From positions 1 to 64,000 of IMG/VR virus record IMGVR_UViG_3300030846_000100: DNA of 64,000 nucleotides, one strand, 5' to 3'. The translations under genes were made by a program, and so were the position numbers. This stretch comes from a virus. Taxonomy: Duplodnaviria; Caudoviricetes. This document shows positions 63,934 to 64,000 of this stretch, piece by piece. The notes beneath the pieces are model-generated. The model ran no database searches. It was not told where the DNA came from and was given only the letters and a program-made list of their open reading frames with translations. Each line of letters opens with the position of its first letter. The first letter of the stretch is position 1.

Positions 63934-63962
63934 GTGTTCTTTCGTCAGGAACATGTTAAGAT
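63934..63962 (+). promoter_or_regulatory. Early promoter GTGTT-N15-TGT-TAAGAT
   Basis: Followed by cagatcATG 63969. Confidence 0.75.
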
Positions 63963-63968
63963 CAGATC

Positions 63969-64000
63969 ATGAACAAGTTCCCCTCCGTTGAATCCCTTCT
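63969..64000 (+). CDS. N-terminus of an early gene (MNKFPSVESL...), truncated by the window edge
   Basis: Starts after a promoter; resembles MNKNNVPRTESL of 61802. Confidence 0.5.
   Translation, partial: MNKFPSVESL

Noticed and set aside
1-64000. Stop-codon reassignment (TAG or TGA), prompted by in-frame stops at 57515 and 58022
   Set aside because: Conserved proteins are full length in the standard code, end at their expected C-termini with TAG, TGA or TAA, and use ATGA/TAATG couplings.
1-64000. Giant eukaryotic virus origin suggested by Pth2, kinases and CxxxYG-repeat nucleases
   Set aside because: T4-like baseplate and tape measure genes, gp32, bacterial-type RecA, Shine-Dalgarno motifs, operon coupling and CCA-encoded tRNAs indicate a bacteriophage.
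1-64000. CRISPR array, diversity-generating retroelement or retron
   Set aside because: No regularly spaced repeats and no reverse-transcriptase motifs in any ORF.

Overview
A 64-kb segment of a large T4-like (contractile-tailed) phage genome, mostly on the minus strand, with no CRISPR array, integrase, transposase, reverse transcriptase or rRNA. Four blocks: (1) 1-16 kb, accessory metabolism and RNA repair: late LamG-like/PhoD fusion, Rnl1-type RNA ligase, PseT-like kinase/phosphatase, Pth2, IscA, PhyH-family oxygenase, Dps, CysE-like acetyltransferase, NADAR, SLOG, nucleotidyltransferase. (2) 16-36 kb, replication and nucleotide metabolism: Dam, Tmk, NrdAB, helicase, 5'-3' exonuclease, dUTPase, RecA, gp32-like SSB, PolA-like domain, free-standing homing endonucleases, tRNA-Pro and tRNA-Tyr. 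(3) 36-55 kb, tail/baseplate: hub, LysM wedge, tube initiator, tape measure, gp26-like chaperone with a likely +1 frameshift extension. (4) 55-64 kb, small early genes transcribed divergently, plus about 1.2 kb of hairpin-rich DNA with little credible coding. Strongest unexplained signal: about 12 proteins from unrelated families (4 GNAT-like paralogs, 3 kinase-like paralogs, a Nudix hydrolase and others) share a short N-terminal leader, LRx(F/Y/L)(I/V)...(L/I/V)xE. It resembles the T4 capsid-targeting sequence plus a gp21 cleavage site, and most of these genes lie downstream of an ATAnTTA late-promoter motif, suggesting a packaged and injected effector set. Also seen: a fixed-spacing early promoter carrying GATC in 7 of 8 copies (the phage encodes Dam), a 16-bp duplication that frameshifts one GNAT paralog, a 14-bp direct repeat bracketing a gene after recA, and a family of about 10 small 'L.PGD' proteins. 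All family calls are by-eye motif recognition; no database searches were run.
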